Shown here one piece after another: positions 1-13,197 of a DNA stretch of 64,000 nucleotides; the stretch's first letter is position 1, and each line of letters begins with the position of its first letter. This stretch comes from Octopus vulgaris. Lineage: Eukaryota. Under the pieces are notes generated by a model. That model saw only the letters and a list, made by a program, of their open reading frames with translations, did no database searches and was not told the DNA's origin. Position numbers and translations under genes: made by a program. The stretch lies in assembly GCA_951406725.2 (NCBI GenBank), contig OX597833.1, positions 29,574,001 through 29,638,000 of the forward strand. The letters run 5' to 3'.

Positions 1-247
1 GATAGGGTGAGTAACATTTTTAGGAAAGCATTTTCAGTTGGTTGACATCTTGGGGAGGAACAGCTGAACAAGGGGATCAGAGTCTGAGTAGAGGAAAGTA
101 AAGAATGTACAATGAGTGTAGCAATGAGAATGTTGAGTGGATTTGGGAGTAGATAGTATGCGACTAGATAGTTCTGAGGAGCAGAGGCAGTTGTAGTAGG
201 TTTAGTACAGACGAAAGGGGGGGCAGTGTGTTTGAAGGTTAGAGGTT

Positions 248-511
248 TGTTGTGGTGAGAGTCATGACACCCCCTATGAGAATAGACTTGACCAAATGAC
301 TATAAATAGTGGCAGTCTGAGTGAGAGACAAAGAGAGTAAGCATTAATCACAGGAAGTCATAAGGTGTCATTTTGGTAGTTTGTTGGAATATTGTTTGTT
401 GGTTTGTGTATAGTCCATGGAGAGTTTGTTGGATTGTTATGTTGTTGTTACCTAGTTTCGTTATATATATAATAGTACATGGTTATAGTGTAAAAAAGTA
501 TTGCCATAACA
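248..511 (+). repeat. Candidate 5' LTR with downstream PBS-like motif
   Basis: Begins TGTTGTGG (248), ends CCATAACA (511) as imperfect inverted termini. TATAAATA at 301. TTGGTGATGAGG at ~527 resembles the TGGCGACGAGG primer-binding site. No second LTR in the window to confirm. Confidence 0.5.
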
Positions 512-593
512 ATTGACGATACAATATTGGTGATGAGGATTCGAAGCTCACACAGGTCAGTTAACAAATTTTTGTGAGACAAAGTTGTTAATT

Positions 594-3500
594 ATGGAAG
601 ACCTATTAGCTTCTATAATACAGTTGCAAAAACAGCAGCAAGAACAGCAACAGGAGTTGCAGAAACAACTACTCCAGCAACAAGAAAAACAATGACAGTT
701 AATGGAGCTATGCCTTAAGAAGTCCAGAAACACTATAAGTTCATTTTCACCAGACGGCGTATCGAATTCAATAACAGAATTCAGTTATGACCCAGAGGAG
801 GGTACAACATTTGCAGTGTACTTTAGAAGGTACAAATAAATCTCTTCAGGGAAGAATGCAAGTCGTGGATGGACGACGGAAAAGTAAGACTATTATTACG
901 TAAATTAGTGCCAGCTGAACATGAAAAATATTATAATTTCACACTACCCACCAAAACTAGAGAAATTTGTTTCCAGGGAGCAGTCAAACTACTATCAGAA
1001 ATATTCAGTGATAAGAGTTCCCTATTTAACATTCGATGGGAGTGTTGGAATCTAGTTAAAAGAGGGGGTGAAGACTGTCACATATGCCGGGACTGTAAAC
1101 CGAACGTGCAAAAGGTTTAAACTGAAGAAATTAACTCCTGATATGTTTAAGTGCCTCGTTTTTGTACAAGGGCTTACTGCAGACAAAGATGTGGAGATAC
1201 ATGCGAGAATTCTCACAAAACTTGAACGAGTGGACCAAAGTATAACCCTGCAGACAGTTGCAGAGGAGTGTCAAAGAATGGTAAACATGTCAAAATGTAA
1301 AGAAAATTGAAGAGAAGGTGTTCTCACATGTACAAGCATGTCAACTGGGAAGGTATAAACAAAAAAAAGTTAAGACGAAACCCATGCTACTGATGTGGAA
1401 CACTACATTTCTGGAAGGATTGTCCTTTCAAAATGCAAAAATGTTACAGTTGCCAAAAAGTAGGACACAAGAGTTCACATTGCAGAGCAAAGTTAGGAAA
1501 ATCAAATATAAAAAATTGTAAAGTTTTCTCAACGGAAAGTGGAAGCGACACCAAAAAGAGGAAATTTGTACATGTAAAAATAAATGAAGTGAATATTAAA
1601 TTACAACTAGATACTAGTAGCAACATCTCAATTATTAATACCAACACGGGGAAAAACATTGAAAATTACACGAGGCATGACAGGTGAAAATCTACGCTTC
1701 ATAGGTGAAATATTGAGTGATATCACATTTTGGGGAAAAACCTGTAGAGCAAAAGTTTCCATGGTAAAAAATCTGTTCAGTACAGACTGTTTGGAGTTGT
1801 TTGACTTATGAGACTCCCCCACCCCATAAGTCTGTTCCATAAAAATATAAATGGCTGCCCCACCAGTGAAAATAATTCAGCAGCTGAATTGAAGTAAAAA
1901 TTTAAAAACTTGTCTCCTGAAGTGCTGTTGAATAAATTAGGTCTCTGTTCTAAGACTGAAGCCTGTTTTCAAATAAAGGAAAATGTCGTACCTATATTCA
2001 AAACTAATAGAAAGGTACCATTTGCTATGCTAAATCAGTTAGAGGAAGAATTAGACAGACTAGAGGAGATGGGAATTATTCAAAAAGTAGATTATTCTAA
2101 GTGGGCAGCACCAACTGTGTGCATTAAAAAAACAACAAAATCAGGGTGTGTGCCAATCTTTCTACTGGTTTGATAACTGTCTAAAAATGTGCCACTATCC
2201 ACTGCCTACTCCAGAGGCTATTTTTGTAAAATTAAATGGTAGCAAAATATCTTCGGAACTGGATCTGTCTGATGTGTGTCTGCATATAATAGATTGCCAT
2301 TTTATCTGAAGGTCACACCTGCAATATTTCAACAAGTTATGGATGCGACGTTTGCTGACTGTCATTAATTATAAGTGAATCTTGTGATCAACAAGTGTGT
2401 TTTTCAAAAAATAAGAGATTACGGTTTCACACTCAGTGAGGAGAAATGTGAATTCTTTTTGCCTAAAGTTAAATGTTCAGGATAAATTATAAATAAAAAT
2501 TGAAGATGACCTGACCCATCCAGGGCAGATGCAATTAAAATATGCCTCCCCCAACTAACATAACAACATTACAAGTTTTACTTGGCCTAGCAAACTATTA
2601 TCAAAATTACAGACCAAACATGCTAAAGAAAGACGCTAAATGGAATTGGTCAAATAACTGTCAAAAGGTGTTTTGGACTTGTCACTGGCTCATTTTGATC
2701 CTGCAACGGAGATTGGTGTAACTTCTGACGCCTCTGAATATGGCGTAGGAGTAGTTTTGCTACACAAATGTAAAGACAGTAATACGAAGGCAGTGGTTCA
2801 TGCCTTATGTGCTCTGATTGCAGCAGAAAAAACTACAGTCAGATAGAGAAAGAAGCTCTAGCAATTATTTTTGCCTTGAAAAAATTTCACAGATTTCTCC
2901 ACAGTAGAAGGTTATGGCTTCAGATGGACCACTGACCATTACCATCAATTTTTGTTTCAAAGAACGGAATTCCTACCCATTCAGCAAACAGATTCCAAAA
3001 ATGGAGTACAATATTGTTAAATTACAACTTTAAGATGGAGTACATTCCTTCTATGGTCATGCGGATTGTTTATCTAGGCTAATTCTGAAGAATGTGGAAC
3101 CACTGGAAGATACAGTGATAGCCACATTACAATCAGAAAAGGAAATAAAAAATGTTATGTGTAATGTCATTCAGGAGTTGCCAGTGACTGTACAAGATAT
3201 AAAAAGTAAATCAGCAGAGGACAAATACATCATAAGAATGAAGGAAATCTTGAAAAAGAGAAACATGAATGCGAACCATTTTTCACTCTGCAACAATGTA
3301 TTACTGTACACACAAAGGGTGGTAGTACCAACTGCACTACAGAAACGGATATTACATGAATTTTATAGTGGATACCCAGGGATATCAAGAATGAAAGCTT
3401 TGATGAGGAGTTATGTGTATTGGTTGACAAAGGGACATTGAAAATGTTGGTAAAAGTATGTAGAAGTTGTGAAATACCAATCATGACCTGAGACAGATAG

Positions 3501-4140
3501 TCCATAGCCCAGGGTACACATAGACTATACCAGACCAGTGAAAGGCGTGTACTACTTGATCATTGTTGATAGCTTTACCAAGTAGCCAGAAGTATGTAGG
3601 TGCAGTCAACCTGCTTCGAAGGCAACAATAAAGTTCCTGCACAAACATTTTGCTTGATACAGTGTTCCAGTATCAGACAATGGAGCACAATTTACAGGAT
3701 ATGAGTTCAAGAAAATCTGCAAAATGCATGCAATCAAGTGCATGTTTACCCCACCCTACCATCTGAGATCAAATGGGTAAGCAGAATGATTCATAGATAC
3801 TTTCAAGTGAGCACTAAAAAAAAAACAAGGAACGAGTTAGGAAATGATGAAGCTCTAACTAAATTTGTGTGTCCAGAATAACACCCAATCTGAATACCAG
3901 TTCAGGCAAGTCGCCTGCAGAGCTAATGTTTGCTCAAAGGATTAAATCTACCTTCAGCAAATTGTTGCCAAAGGAAAAACGTATAGAGAAAATACAAAAA
4001 ATTCAATAAAACATTTTGATGTTGGAGACAAAATCCATTTCAAAGTATACAAGAATGGTAAAGAGAGTTGGCAGGATAGTGTGGCCACTAAAAGAATTGG
4101 AAACATGATGTATTTAATAAACGATACCTAAATCAATTAA
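594..4140 (+). pseudogene. gag-pol pseudogene of the Gypsy element
   Basis: ATG at 594 (MEDLLASIIQLQKQQQEQQQ); ORF-track pieces 869-1120, 1068-1310, 1433-1687, 1910-2173 and 3094-3441 lie in shifting frames. Confidence 0.85.
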
Positions 4141-4257
4141 AAACCAGACATACAGAAGAAAGGAAGGAAATTCCAATGGAAGTGTTTTATGACATCAATT
4201 AAAAACCAGACATACAGAAGAAAGGAAGGAAATTCCAATGGAAGTGTTTTATGACAT
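4132..4257 (+). repeat. 62-bp tandem duplication at the Gypsy/RTE junction
   Basis: ATCAATTAAAAACCAGACATACAGAAGAAAGG...GTTTTATGAC occurs at 4132 and 4194. Confidence 0.9.
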
Positions 4258-4261
4258 TTTC

Positions 4262-5043
4262 AGTTATGACCTTGAGAGAAAAGCTGGACCTAAGAAGCAT
4301 CAGTTGTGGTGTGCAAGAGAGACGTTTGCGCTGGTATGGTCATGTGGCGAGAATGGATGAAGATAGTTGTGTGAAAAAGTGCCACACCCTAGTGGTTGAG
4401 GGAACCTGTGGAAGAGGCAGACCCAGGAAAACCTGGGACGAGGTGGTGAAGCACGACCTTTGAACTTTAGGTATCACTGAGGAAATGACTAGAGACCGAG
4501 TCCTCTGGAAGTGTGCTGTGCACGAGAAGACCCGGCAGGACAAGTGAGTCCATAACCCGTGGCCTTCTACATGGGATGGAGCCAGCCTACGTATGCATAC
4601 CTTCCCTGCTTGGGACACAAAACTCTACTTGTGAAGACCTGTTGAGGCAAGTGAGGATCAGAATCGAAATCGATCAATGGAAATTGCAGATGTGTTACCA
4701 GTGCCGGTGGCATGTAAGAGAACCTTCCATTTCGCGACCGTTGCCAGCACCGCCCCGTTTCGTGTCCGTTGCCAGCCTCGCCTGGCCCTCGTGCCGGTGG
4801 CACATAAAAAGCACCATCCGTTTGTGGCCGTTTGCCAGCTCTGTCTGGCACCTGTGCGGGTGGCACGTAAAAAGCACCCACTACACTCTCGGAGTGGTTG
4901 GCGTTAGGAAGGGCATCCAGCTGTAGAAACACTGCCAGATTTGACTGGGCCTGATGAAGCCTTCTGGCTTCACAGACCCCAGTAGAACCGTCCAACCCAT
5001 GCTAGCATGGAAAACGGATGCTAAACGATGATGATGCTGATGA

Positions 5044-5047
<4 letters not shown>
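4262..5047 (+). mobile_element. RTE-clade LINE, 5'-truncated 3' fragment
   Basis: RRLRWYGHVARMDED...GRGRPRKTW, 3' UTR repeats, (GAT)n tail then (TA)n. Confidence 0.92.
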
Positions 5048-5086
<39 letters not shown>

Positions 5087-6173
5087 AGGAAAAGTGTTGG
5101 CAACATAACCAAACTTTGGGGTTGGGAGTCATCAGCGTTGATAGAATATGGGTCAGAAAGAATCCATTTTTTAGCACATTATAATGAGACAATCTAACAG
5201 GCAGCTTCCAGCTTCAGAGACTAGAGTTAGATGAAGACCAGTATATGGTCAGTTTAACCTGAGGACTTTCTGACTAGACATGGTCAAATATTTTGCTGAT
5301 ATCATCTGCAACAATATTGATTTTGCTAAATTTCTCAAAAGTGAGGGACTATTGCTAACAGGTCCCTGATATATCTTGCTCTATGGAAACCCTACTAATA
5401 ATCAATGAGAAGAAAAAAAGACTCAAGATTTTAGAAAAGGTAGTTGTTTCCATTACTTTGAGCCACAGCTGGTTAAAAGTCATCCCAAGTGGCGCTAAAA
5501 TTTAACGCTAAGCTTCCAGCTTTTATTTATGGGGCTTTAAACTTAGTAAAATGCTTACTATTGGTATTGCTTGTTCTATAGTTGTTGTTTTTATTGAATA
5601 GCACCAATCAGCTCTACTTGAACAGACCAATGACCCAGAAAGAGTAGACTCAACATTTAGGAGTAACACTAGGTTCACAGATACTTGGTGTATCAGATAT
5701 ATTAGTAGTACAATTATCACCTCAAACAATAGGTCCATATATATTATTTTAAAGTTCACACAAATTTTTCTTTCAATCTTTTCCATTTTTCTTTCATATC
5801 TTCATCTTTCTTTTCTTTGACTATCTACCTGAAATTTAATACATTGGATCCAAAGTTTAATATATTTATAATCAGCTTCAATATTCATTTCTCAAACTAT
5901 TTTCCTAACGTTTGTGTCTTTTATATATTCATGGAACTTTATACATTGGTAATAGTACAGTTGTGCCCTCCACCATTATGTAAATTGATAATTTAGATTG
6001 AAATGCAATTTGATCTCCATATTTAGAATGTACCACTCTCTTCTCTTCTCACTGTCTCTCTCTCATGATATATATATAAATATAAACTACACATGTACAT
6101 ATATATATATGTATATATGTCAAACCATTAATTCCTACACACTTTTACTCTCCATTTTTTTTACCTCTTAATC

Positions 6174-6209
6174 CTTTCTGTTGAAGAGCATAGGCTCGAA
6201 AGATCAAAG
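6174..6209 (+). ncRNA. Minimal type I hammerhead-like motif (PLE-type)
   Basis: CUUU-CUGUUGA-A-GAGC(AUAG)GCUC-GAAA-GA-UC-AAAG: stem I CUUU/AAAG, stem II GAGC/GCUC, A6U core variant. Confidence 0.65.
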
Positions 6210-6649
6210 ACTTTTCAATTCTTCCTGAGCATTAAACTAATACACCTGCTTGTTGCTCTTTCACCTGTCTTCATCTTTTGTTTTCTGTAAATTTGAACTA
6301 TATATGTCAATATCTATATCTATATATATATAAACAATACACATACACACACATATATATATATGTCAGTCATTAGAAAAGTGCTCTCCTGTGGCTAAGA
6401 GTTGTTTTGACTCTTAGTTCAAGCAAAGCTGGTGCTGATTAGCACCCTATATTACTTTAGTGACAACTGTACTTGTTGCCTTTCTGTTGTAAATTGCAAA
6501 TAACCACCTTAATAATTTATACACACATATATATATATATGTAAACAACACACACATTTATATATAAAAAACCCTTCAACAAGTAGAACATTCAGCACGA
6601 GACATTCAGAGAGAGAAAGGTGTGTGGCAACTCTGAGTTGGGACTCATT

Positions 6650-6778
6650 TTTTACTCAGTAGACTGGAGCAATATGATATGATGTGCCTTAACCATAGAT
6701 ATAATTTTCTTCCTGATCCAGGTATTGAACCCATATCATAACTGATCATGAGCTCACTATGCTAATCACTAGGCCAGA
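6650..6778 (-). mobile_element. Degenerate tRNA-derived SINE head
   Basis: Minus strand TGGCCTAGTGATTAG (A box-like) and GGGTTCAATACC (B box-like). Confidence 0.5.
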
Positions 6779-6796
6779 CATCATATCATCATTGCA

Positions 6797-8278
6797 ATCA
6801 TCATCATCGTTTAACCTCCACTTTCCATGCTGGCATCGGTTGGCTGGTTTGACTGGGCACTGGTGAGCCAGATGGCTGCACCAGGCTCCAATCTGATCTG
6901 GTAAAGTTTCTACAGCTGGATGCCCTTCCTAACACCAACCACTTCAAGAGTGTAGTGGGTGCTTTTACATGCTAGTCAGATGGTACTGGCAATGGCCATG
7001 CTCAAATGATGTTTTTACATGTCACCTGCACAGGAGCCAGTCCAGTGGCACTGGCAATGCCCTCGCTTGAATGTTGTATTTCATGTACCACTAGCACGGA
7101 GGCCAGTAAGGCAACGCTGGTAACGATCACACTCGAATGCTGCTTTTTATGTGCTACCGGCACAGGTGCCAGCCAGTGGCCCAGGCAGCGATCACACTCG
7201 GGTGGTGCTCTCAGAACTCCAATTGCACGGATGCCAGTCATGCAGTACTGTCATCGAATTTGATTTCGATTTCACTTGCCTCAACAGGTCTTCGCAAGCA
7301 GAGTTTAGTATCCAATGAAAGAAAGGTATGCTTAAGTGGGCTGGTTACACCACTACCATAGGCCGTGGGTTATGGTCTCATTTGGATTGCCGGGTCTTCT
7401 CAAGCACAGCATATTTCTAAAGGTCTCGGTCACTAGTCATTGCCTCGATGAGGCCTAATGTTCAAAGGCCGTGCTTCACCACCTCTTCCCAGGTCTTTCT
7501 GGGTCTACCTCTTCGACAGGTTCTCTCAACTGCTAACGTGTTAAATTTTTTCACACAGCTGTCCTCATCCATTCACATCACATGACCATACCAGCGCAGT
7601 CGTCCCTCTTGCACACCACATCTGATGCTTCTTAGGTCGAACTTTTCTCACTTACATGCTATCGAGTAGGCAAACTGACATTACACATCCATCGGAGCAT
7701 ACTGGCTTCATTCCTTGCAAGCTTACACATACCCTCATCAGTCACAGCCCATGTTTCACTGCCATGTAACATGGCTGTTCGTACACATGTGTCATACAGT
7801 CTGCCTTTTACTCTGAGCGAGAGTCCCTTTGTCGCCAGCAGAGGTAAAAGCTCTCTGAACTTTGCCCAGGCTATTCTTATTCTAGCAGCTACACTTTCAG
7901 TGCACCCTCCCCCGCTACTGACTTGGTCACCTAGGTAATGGAAGCTATCAACTACTTCTAGTTTTTCTCCCTGGAATGTGGCAGTTGTTCTCTGCACATT
8001 TTCAGTGCTTATTGCTCCCGAGCATCTGCCACATACAAAAACTATCTTCCCTGTTAGCCTTCCTTTGATATTACTGCACCTCTTATGTGTCCATAGCTTA
8101 CACTGGGTACATCTTATAGAGTTTCTACCTACGCCTTTTCTACAGATCGAGCAGAGCTATCTACCTGAAGGGATTTGGGGGTTTTTCTGCTTTCCCACTT
8201 ATTAGGACTTTGGTTTTAGCTAGGTTGACTCTTAGGCCCCTCGATTCTAATCCTTGCTTCCACACCTGAAACTTCTCC
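6797..8278 (-). mobile_element. RTE-clade LINE, 5'-truncated
   Basis: ORF 7659-7997 LEVVDSFHYLG...KGRLYDTCVRTAMLHGSETW; same 3' UTR and (GAT)n tail on the minus strand. Confidence 0.92.
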
Positions 8279-8290
8279 ATATATATATAT

Positions 8291-10615
8291 AAGAAATTAA
8301 AAAAGGAAAATACACACACTTACATAGTTTTAATACAATTTTTAATATATCGACTGGTTTCGCTTTCGCTATTCAGGATATTATGTTTTACTTATTTGAA
8401 TATGTATTTTTTCTTAAGAAGAAATTTTGTCCATGTTGTGTGTGATGATATTCACGAGTGAATGACTTCACAAGTAGATAAATAAGGGGAGGTAATTGGT
8501 TATCATTATTATTGTTATTGTTGTAAGTAAGGGAGATAACTGTTCAGCTTTCGGTAATGGGAGGGGAATATATATGTACAGACAAAACCAGTTTACCCAA
8601 GCAGCAACAGCAATCCTAATATAATAAGTACTAATAATACTGATTTAATTTATAACAATAATAACAGCAATAATAACTTCTACCAACCAAATTACAATAA
8701 ACATTTTTTAGACCAAGTGGAGAGAAACAGGGACACGTGTTGGAACAAAACGTACAGGAGAAACCCAAAGTGATTAACTTATCAAAGAAAACTCTCTCTA
8801 TAACAATAATCAAAGTTTTAAAGTTTACTCCAACCCCACGAAGATCTAACCATAATGAAATTAAAGACAGTATTTCGGAATTCTGCAGAAAACTACGACT
8901 CACAGAAGCACTAACTGACTACGACAATGAGGACGGATCACTAGTCAAAAACAGAAGTAATTACCTTCCACATAAAGGTAGGAATAAAACACTGGATGAC
9001 TTCTGCAACCATATCCAAAATTTCCCCTATACATCCAATAAAAGAAAAATTAATCCGAACCTCAAAAATCTGGAATGGAAAAATCTGACTGAACTACAAA
9101 ACGAGAAAGACCTGACAATTAAAGAAGCAGACAAAGGAAGTGCTGTAGTTCTGATAGGCACAGAACACTATAAAAACTAGTATTATCCATACTAAAAAAC
9201 GAAAAAGTTATAAACCATAAACAACAAAAAACAATGAAAAATCTAGCATCCTTAATTCTTCCACATGGAAAAGGCCTGACAGAAAAAGCAACAGACTGCA
9301 TCACGAACTTCAAATGTAAACCCAGTCTTTTTTACGGCCTTCCTAAAATACACAAGAGCAAGATAATCAATGAAGCTTGCAAACAATCACCAGGCAAATA
9401 TATAAATATCCAAATGCCAGAAGACTTCACTCTAAGACCCATTGTAGCTGGGCCAGCCTGTGAAACCCACCGACTAAGCAATTTTCTAGACATTCTACTG
9501 AAACCCTTGCTGAAATACATCAAAAGTTTCATTAGAGATAATTTAGACATGCTAGAACACCTACCAAAAACAATTAATGAAGAGGCAATATTGGTTACCC
9601 TCGATGTTATCAATCTTTACACCAACATCCCCCATGATTATGGAATAAAAGCAATTAAATTCCAGTTGGAAAAGTACCCCGAAGTACTCCCGGAATGCAT
9701 AAGCCAGATCTTTATTATTGAATCCTTAAAATTTATACTTCAGAACAATTATTTTCTATTTGATGACACATACCATCATCAGAAATGCTGAATTGCGATG
9801 AGAACAAAAGCAGCCCTTTTTCTTGCGAACCTAATAATGGGTTATTTTGAATTCACCTTATATGAAATATCACTTCAGAAATATGGTTACCCATTGGAAG
9901 AGATACCTAGATGACTGCTTTATCATTTGGAAGGAGAACATTGACAAACTTTTGGATTTCAAATCAACACTAAATTATATAAATGGTAACATTCAATTCA
10001 CAATGGAATATAACAAAGAACAATTCCCATTTTTAGACATCATGATAAAAAAAGGTTAACAATCAAATCATAACTAACAACTCATGCCACTTGAAACACA
10101 TCAAAATAAATATCCCTTTCAATTTGGTAAAAAGAATTTGCACAATAGTGTCTGATAGAACAACTCGGGACCTTTGTCTTCAAGACCTCAAAACAGTGCT
10201 TATTGAAAAACAATATCCACCCTCACTTATCGACGAGGGAATTAAATGTGCCAAACAATTAGACATAAAAACACTAAGAACAACAAAACATAACACCACA
10301 CCTCATCTCAAAACATTACTATTTATATCAACACACAATCCCAGAAACAGTGAGGCATTCAACACTATTGTACAAACTTCTTCCTTTACTAACTAGAGAT
10401 CCAAAAATGAACGACATCCTGAAAACACACAAACTGATCAAATGCAAAAAACAAGACAAATCGCTAAAGAGACTACTTACAAATGTGAAGCTTTACAAAA
10501 CAACCACGAAACCAACGGTTGAAAAATGTGGACGCCCAAACTGTGGAACATGCCCCAACCTACTTGGAGGCTCTGATTTCCTTTTCAAACAAGGATAGAG
10601 ATTCACTGATACCAT
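8291..10615 (+). mobile_element. Penelope-like element (Neptune-type), decayed, with an inverted pseudo-LTR at its 5' side (8291-~8550)
   Basis: RT motifs FYGLPKIHK, LRPIVAG, LDVINLYTNIPH, WKRYLDDCFIIW, FLDIMI and linker CGRPNCGTCP. The 8480-8540 segment is the reverse complement of motifs (TTATCTCCCTTAC, ATTACCTCCCCTTAT) found downstream of the related GIY-YIG ORF at 57865-57912. Confidence 0.9.
8347..8381 (-). ncRNA. Minimal type I hammerhead-like motif in inverted pLTR
   Basis: AUAUC-CUGAAUA-GC(GAAA)GC-GAAA-CCAG-UC-GAUAU: 5-bp stem I, GNRA-capped stem II; G8 replaced by U. Confidence 0.7.
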
Positions 10616-11139
10616 CAATTTTAAATTTTATCCACAGATGATATTAGCGGTAATGACATCTTATTTCAAATCTTAGTGTTTGAATATTTTGTCTATAAAT
10701 ATTTTTGCACCATGTGGTGTGTTTTTGATGCAAAACAAAACCAGTACACTAGTGGAGTATAACGTGACAAATTTTACTAGGTAGTCTAGACTGAAGAGGG
10801 TCAAAGATTTGATTTCCAGGTATGTGGATTTCCTAAACTGCATATTCCTTCATAGTTGTGTTTTTGAATGTATTAATTCTTTCCATTATTACTCTGTTAT
10901 CTTGGTGCTTTATGGTGGTTTATTTGAGACTTTAGCTCTTATTTCTGGCAGGCTGATGCTTTTCTGCATCCTTATGCTTCGTGCTAATTTGTAATTTACA
11001 GCTAAATAATGCATATATACATATACATGTATCTATATACAAGTATATATATATATACACACACACATGTATATATATATATATATCCACAATATATATA
11101 TATATGTATATATACATATATATAAATATATAATATATA

Positions 11140-11600
11140 TGTATCCAGCATCACTACACTAAAAAGGTTGCTACAGTCCAGCAGATGAACTACAGGAAGA
11201 GGCTGAAAGAACTACAACTCTACTCCCTTGAGTGCAGATGTGAGAGATATGTAATAATTTGCTTGTGGAAAATACTGGAAGGGCTAGTACCCAATTTTGG
11301 CATCAAGTGTTATATGAATGCTCATATTGGACGCTACTGCATAGTACCAGAGGTAGCATCCAGTGCATCTAACATAAGAACCAGGAACTGTACTACAATA
11401 CCCTTGGGGTTAGAGGCTCTGCCTAAACAATTGTGAAACTTACACAATATAGATGTGGAAGTCTTCAAAAAGAAACTGGACACTCTCCAATCTACAATAA
11501 TAGATGAACCAATGGCTCGACATGAGGCACAGTTGAGGGCAGCAGTGTCAAATTCCATCATACACCAGATAGGCCATCAACAATTTTGATGGGATCACAT
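11140..11600 (+). mobile_element. Old non-LTR (CR1/L2-group-like) 3' fragment
   Basis: NYRKRLKELQLYSLECRCERYVIICLWKILEGLVPN and VFKKKLD resemble LINE ORF2 C-termini. Confidence 0.65.
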
Positions 11601-11747
11601 TAGTCGGAAGAGAGGAAACATGGAAGGATTGTGGGGAGGGTACAGAAATAAAGGGTGAAAAATCATGGTGTGGAGCGCCAGCATGACCACAGCCACCTGC
11701 CTGAAACACATAAAAGAATAAAAGAAGAATACATATATATATATATT

Positions 11748-11800
<53 letters not shown>

Positions 11801-11801
<1 letters not shown>

Positions 11802-12935
11802 AAGAATGTACCCCACAACATAGACTGGTAGTTAGTGACTTTAGGATCAGGACTAGGAGGACAACCAGAAGACGACCAATATGGAGAAGAAGGATCTGGA
11901 AGCTTAAAGATCCTGCAAATGGACAGAGATTTAGGGACATATTACTTGAAGCCTTTGACGAAGTAGAAGGGGATAGATCATCACAGGGGGTAGAAGACAA
12001 CTGGACGTTTCTAAGGGACAACCTGCTGAGAGCCACTGTCCAGATCTGTGGCTGGCGCAAAGTCCCCTCTCGACCTAGAATAACATGGTGGTGGAACAAT
12101 ATTGTAGACAGGGCTATTAGAGAAAAGAGACAGGCTTGGAAGGTTTGGAAAAATGGGGGTAGCAGGGAATTGTATCAGACTGCCAAAAGAGAAGCTAGGA
12201 GACAGGTTTATTTAGCCAGAAGGGAAGCAGATAAGAAAAAATTTGCCAATGTTCTGCGCCGTGAGGACCAAAGACTGGAGGTGTTTCGCGTTGCAAGACA
12301 GTGTGTGAGAGAGAATCGTGATGTGGTAGGAGAGAAGTGTGTTCGCCTGGATGATGGTTCACTTGCGCTAAATGAGGATGCAAAGAGAGAGGTTTGGAGA
12401 TGCCACTATGAAAGGTTGCTGAATAAAGAAAATGAATGGGATAAAGAGAGTCTGCCGAATGTTGACCCAACAGAGGGACCAGCTATCCGAGTTGATAGTT
12501 CCGTGGTAGCTAAGGCAATTAGAAGCATGAAGACAGGGAAAGCCCCAGGCCCATCAGGAATTACTGCTGAGATGCTCAAAATGTCTGGTAGTGTCGGCTA
12601 TAGCCTAGTCACCCGTATAGTTAATCAGGTGATACACAAAGGAGTCATACCCAATGACTGGTGTAGCAGCATAATAGTCAACTGCTACAAAGGTAAAGGT
12701 GACGCCCTAGATACAAATAACTACAGAGGTATCAAGCTGCTGGATCAGGTGATGAAGGTTACGGAGAGGGTCATAGCCCAACAAATTAGAGAGAGAATTA
12801 GTTTAGATGAGATGAGAAACATTGCCAGATCAGATTGGAGCCTGGTGCAGCTGCTGGCTCTCCATACCTCAGTCAAACCGGTGAACACATGCCAGCATGG
12901 AAAGCGGACGTTAAACGATGCTGATGATGATTGCG
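11801..12935 (+). mobile_element. RTE LINE with a large internal deletion
   Basis: QHRLVVSDF...WWWN...KAPGPSGI...NYRGIKLL...LDEM is joined at ~12814 directly to the terminal 3' UTR (AGAAACATTGCCAGATCAG...GATGATGAT). Confidence 0.9.
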
Positions 12936-13012
12936 ATGATGTATATATACATATATATGTATGTATGTATATACATGTGTATATATATATATATATGTAT
13001 ATTTATATATAT

Positions 13013-13045
<33 letters not shown>

Positions 13046-13197
13046 CATAAATATATACATATATATGTATATATACATATATATGTATATATACATATAT
13101 ATACATATATATACATAAATATATACATATATATGTATATATACATATATACATATATATGTATATATATATATATACATTCATATATATATATGAT

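Larger units (their letters stand above)
248..4260 (+). mobile_element. Decayed Ty3/Gypsy LTR retrotransposon (Mag/K02A2.6-like), 3' end lost at an RTE insertion
   Basis: Fragments in Gypsy order: gag KVRLLLRKL..EHEKY, zinc knuckle CYSCQKVGHKSSHC, protease LQLDTSSNISII, RT-proximal RKVPFA..LEEELDRLEEMGIIQKVDYSKWAAP, RNase H TSDASEYGVG (~2720), integrase RILHEFYSGYPGISRMKALMRSYVYW. Many stops and frameshifts. Confidence 0.9.

Noticed and set aside
5090-6040. Non-repetitive-looking segment with short ORFs
   Set aside because: No motif I can recognise; probably an old repeat, left unannotated.
10785-10850. CTGAAGA followed by a possible stem, near a PLE
   Set aside because: No intact GAAA or closing stem I could be read; too degenerate to call.
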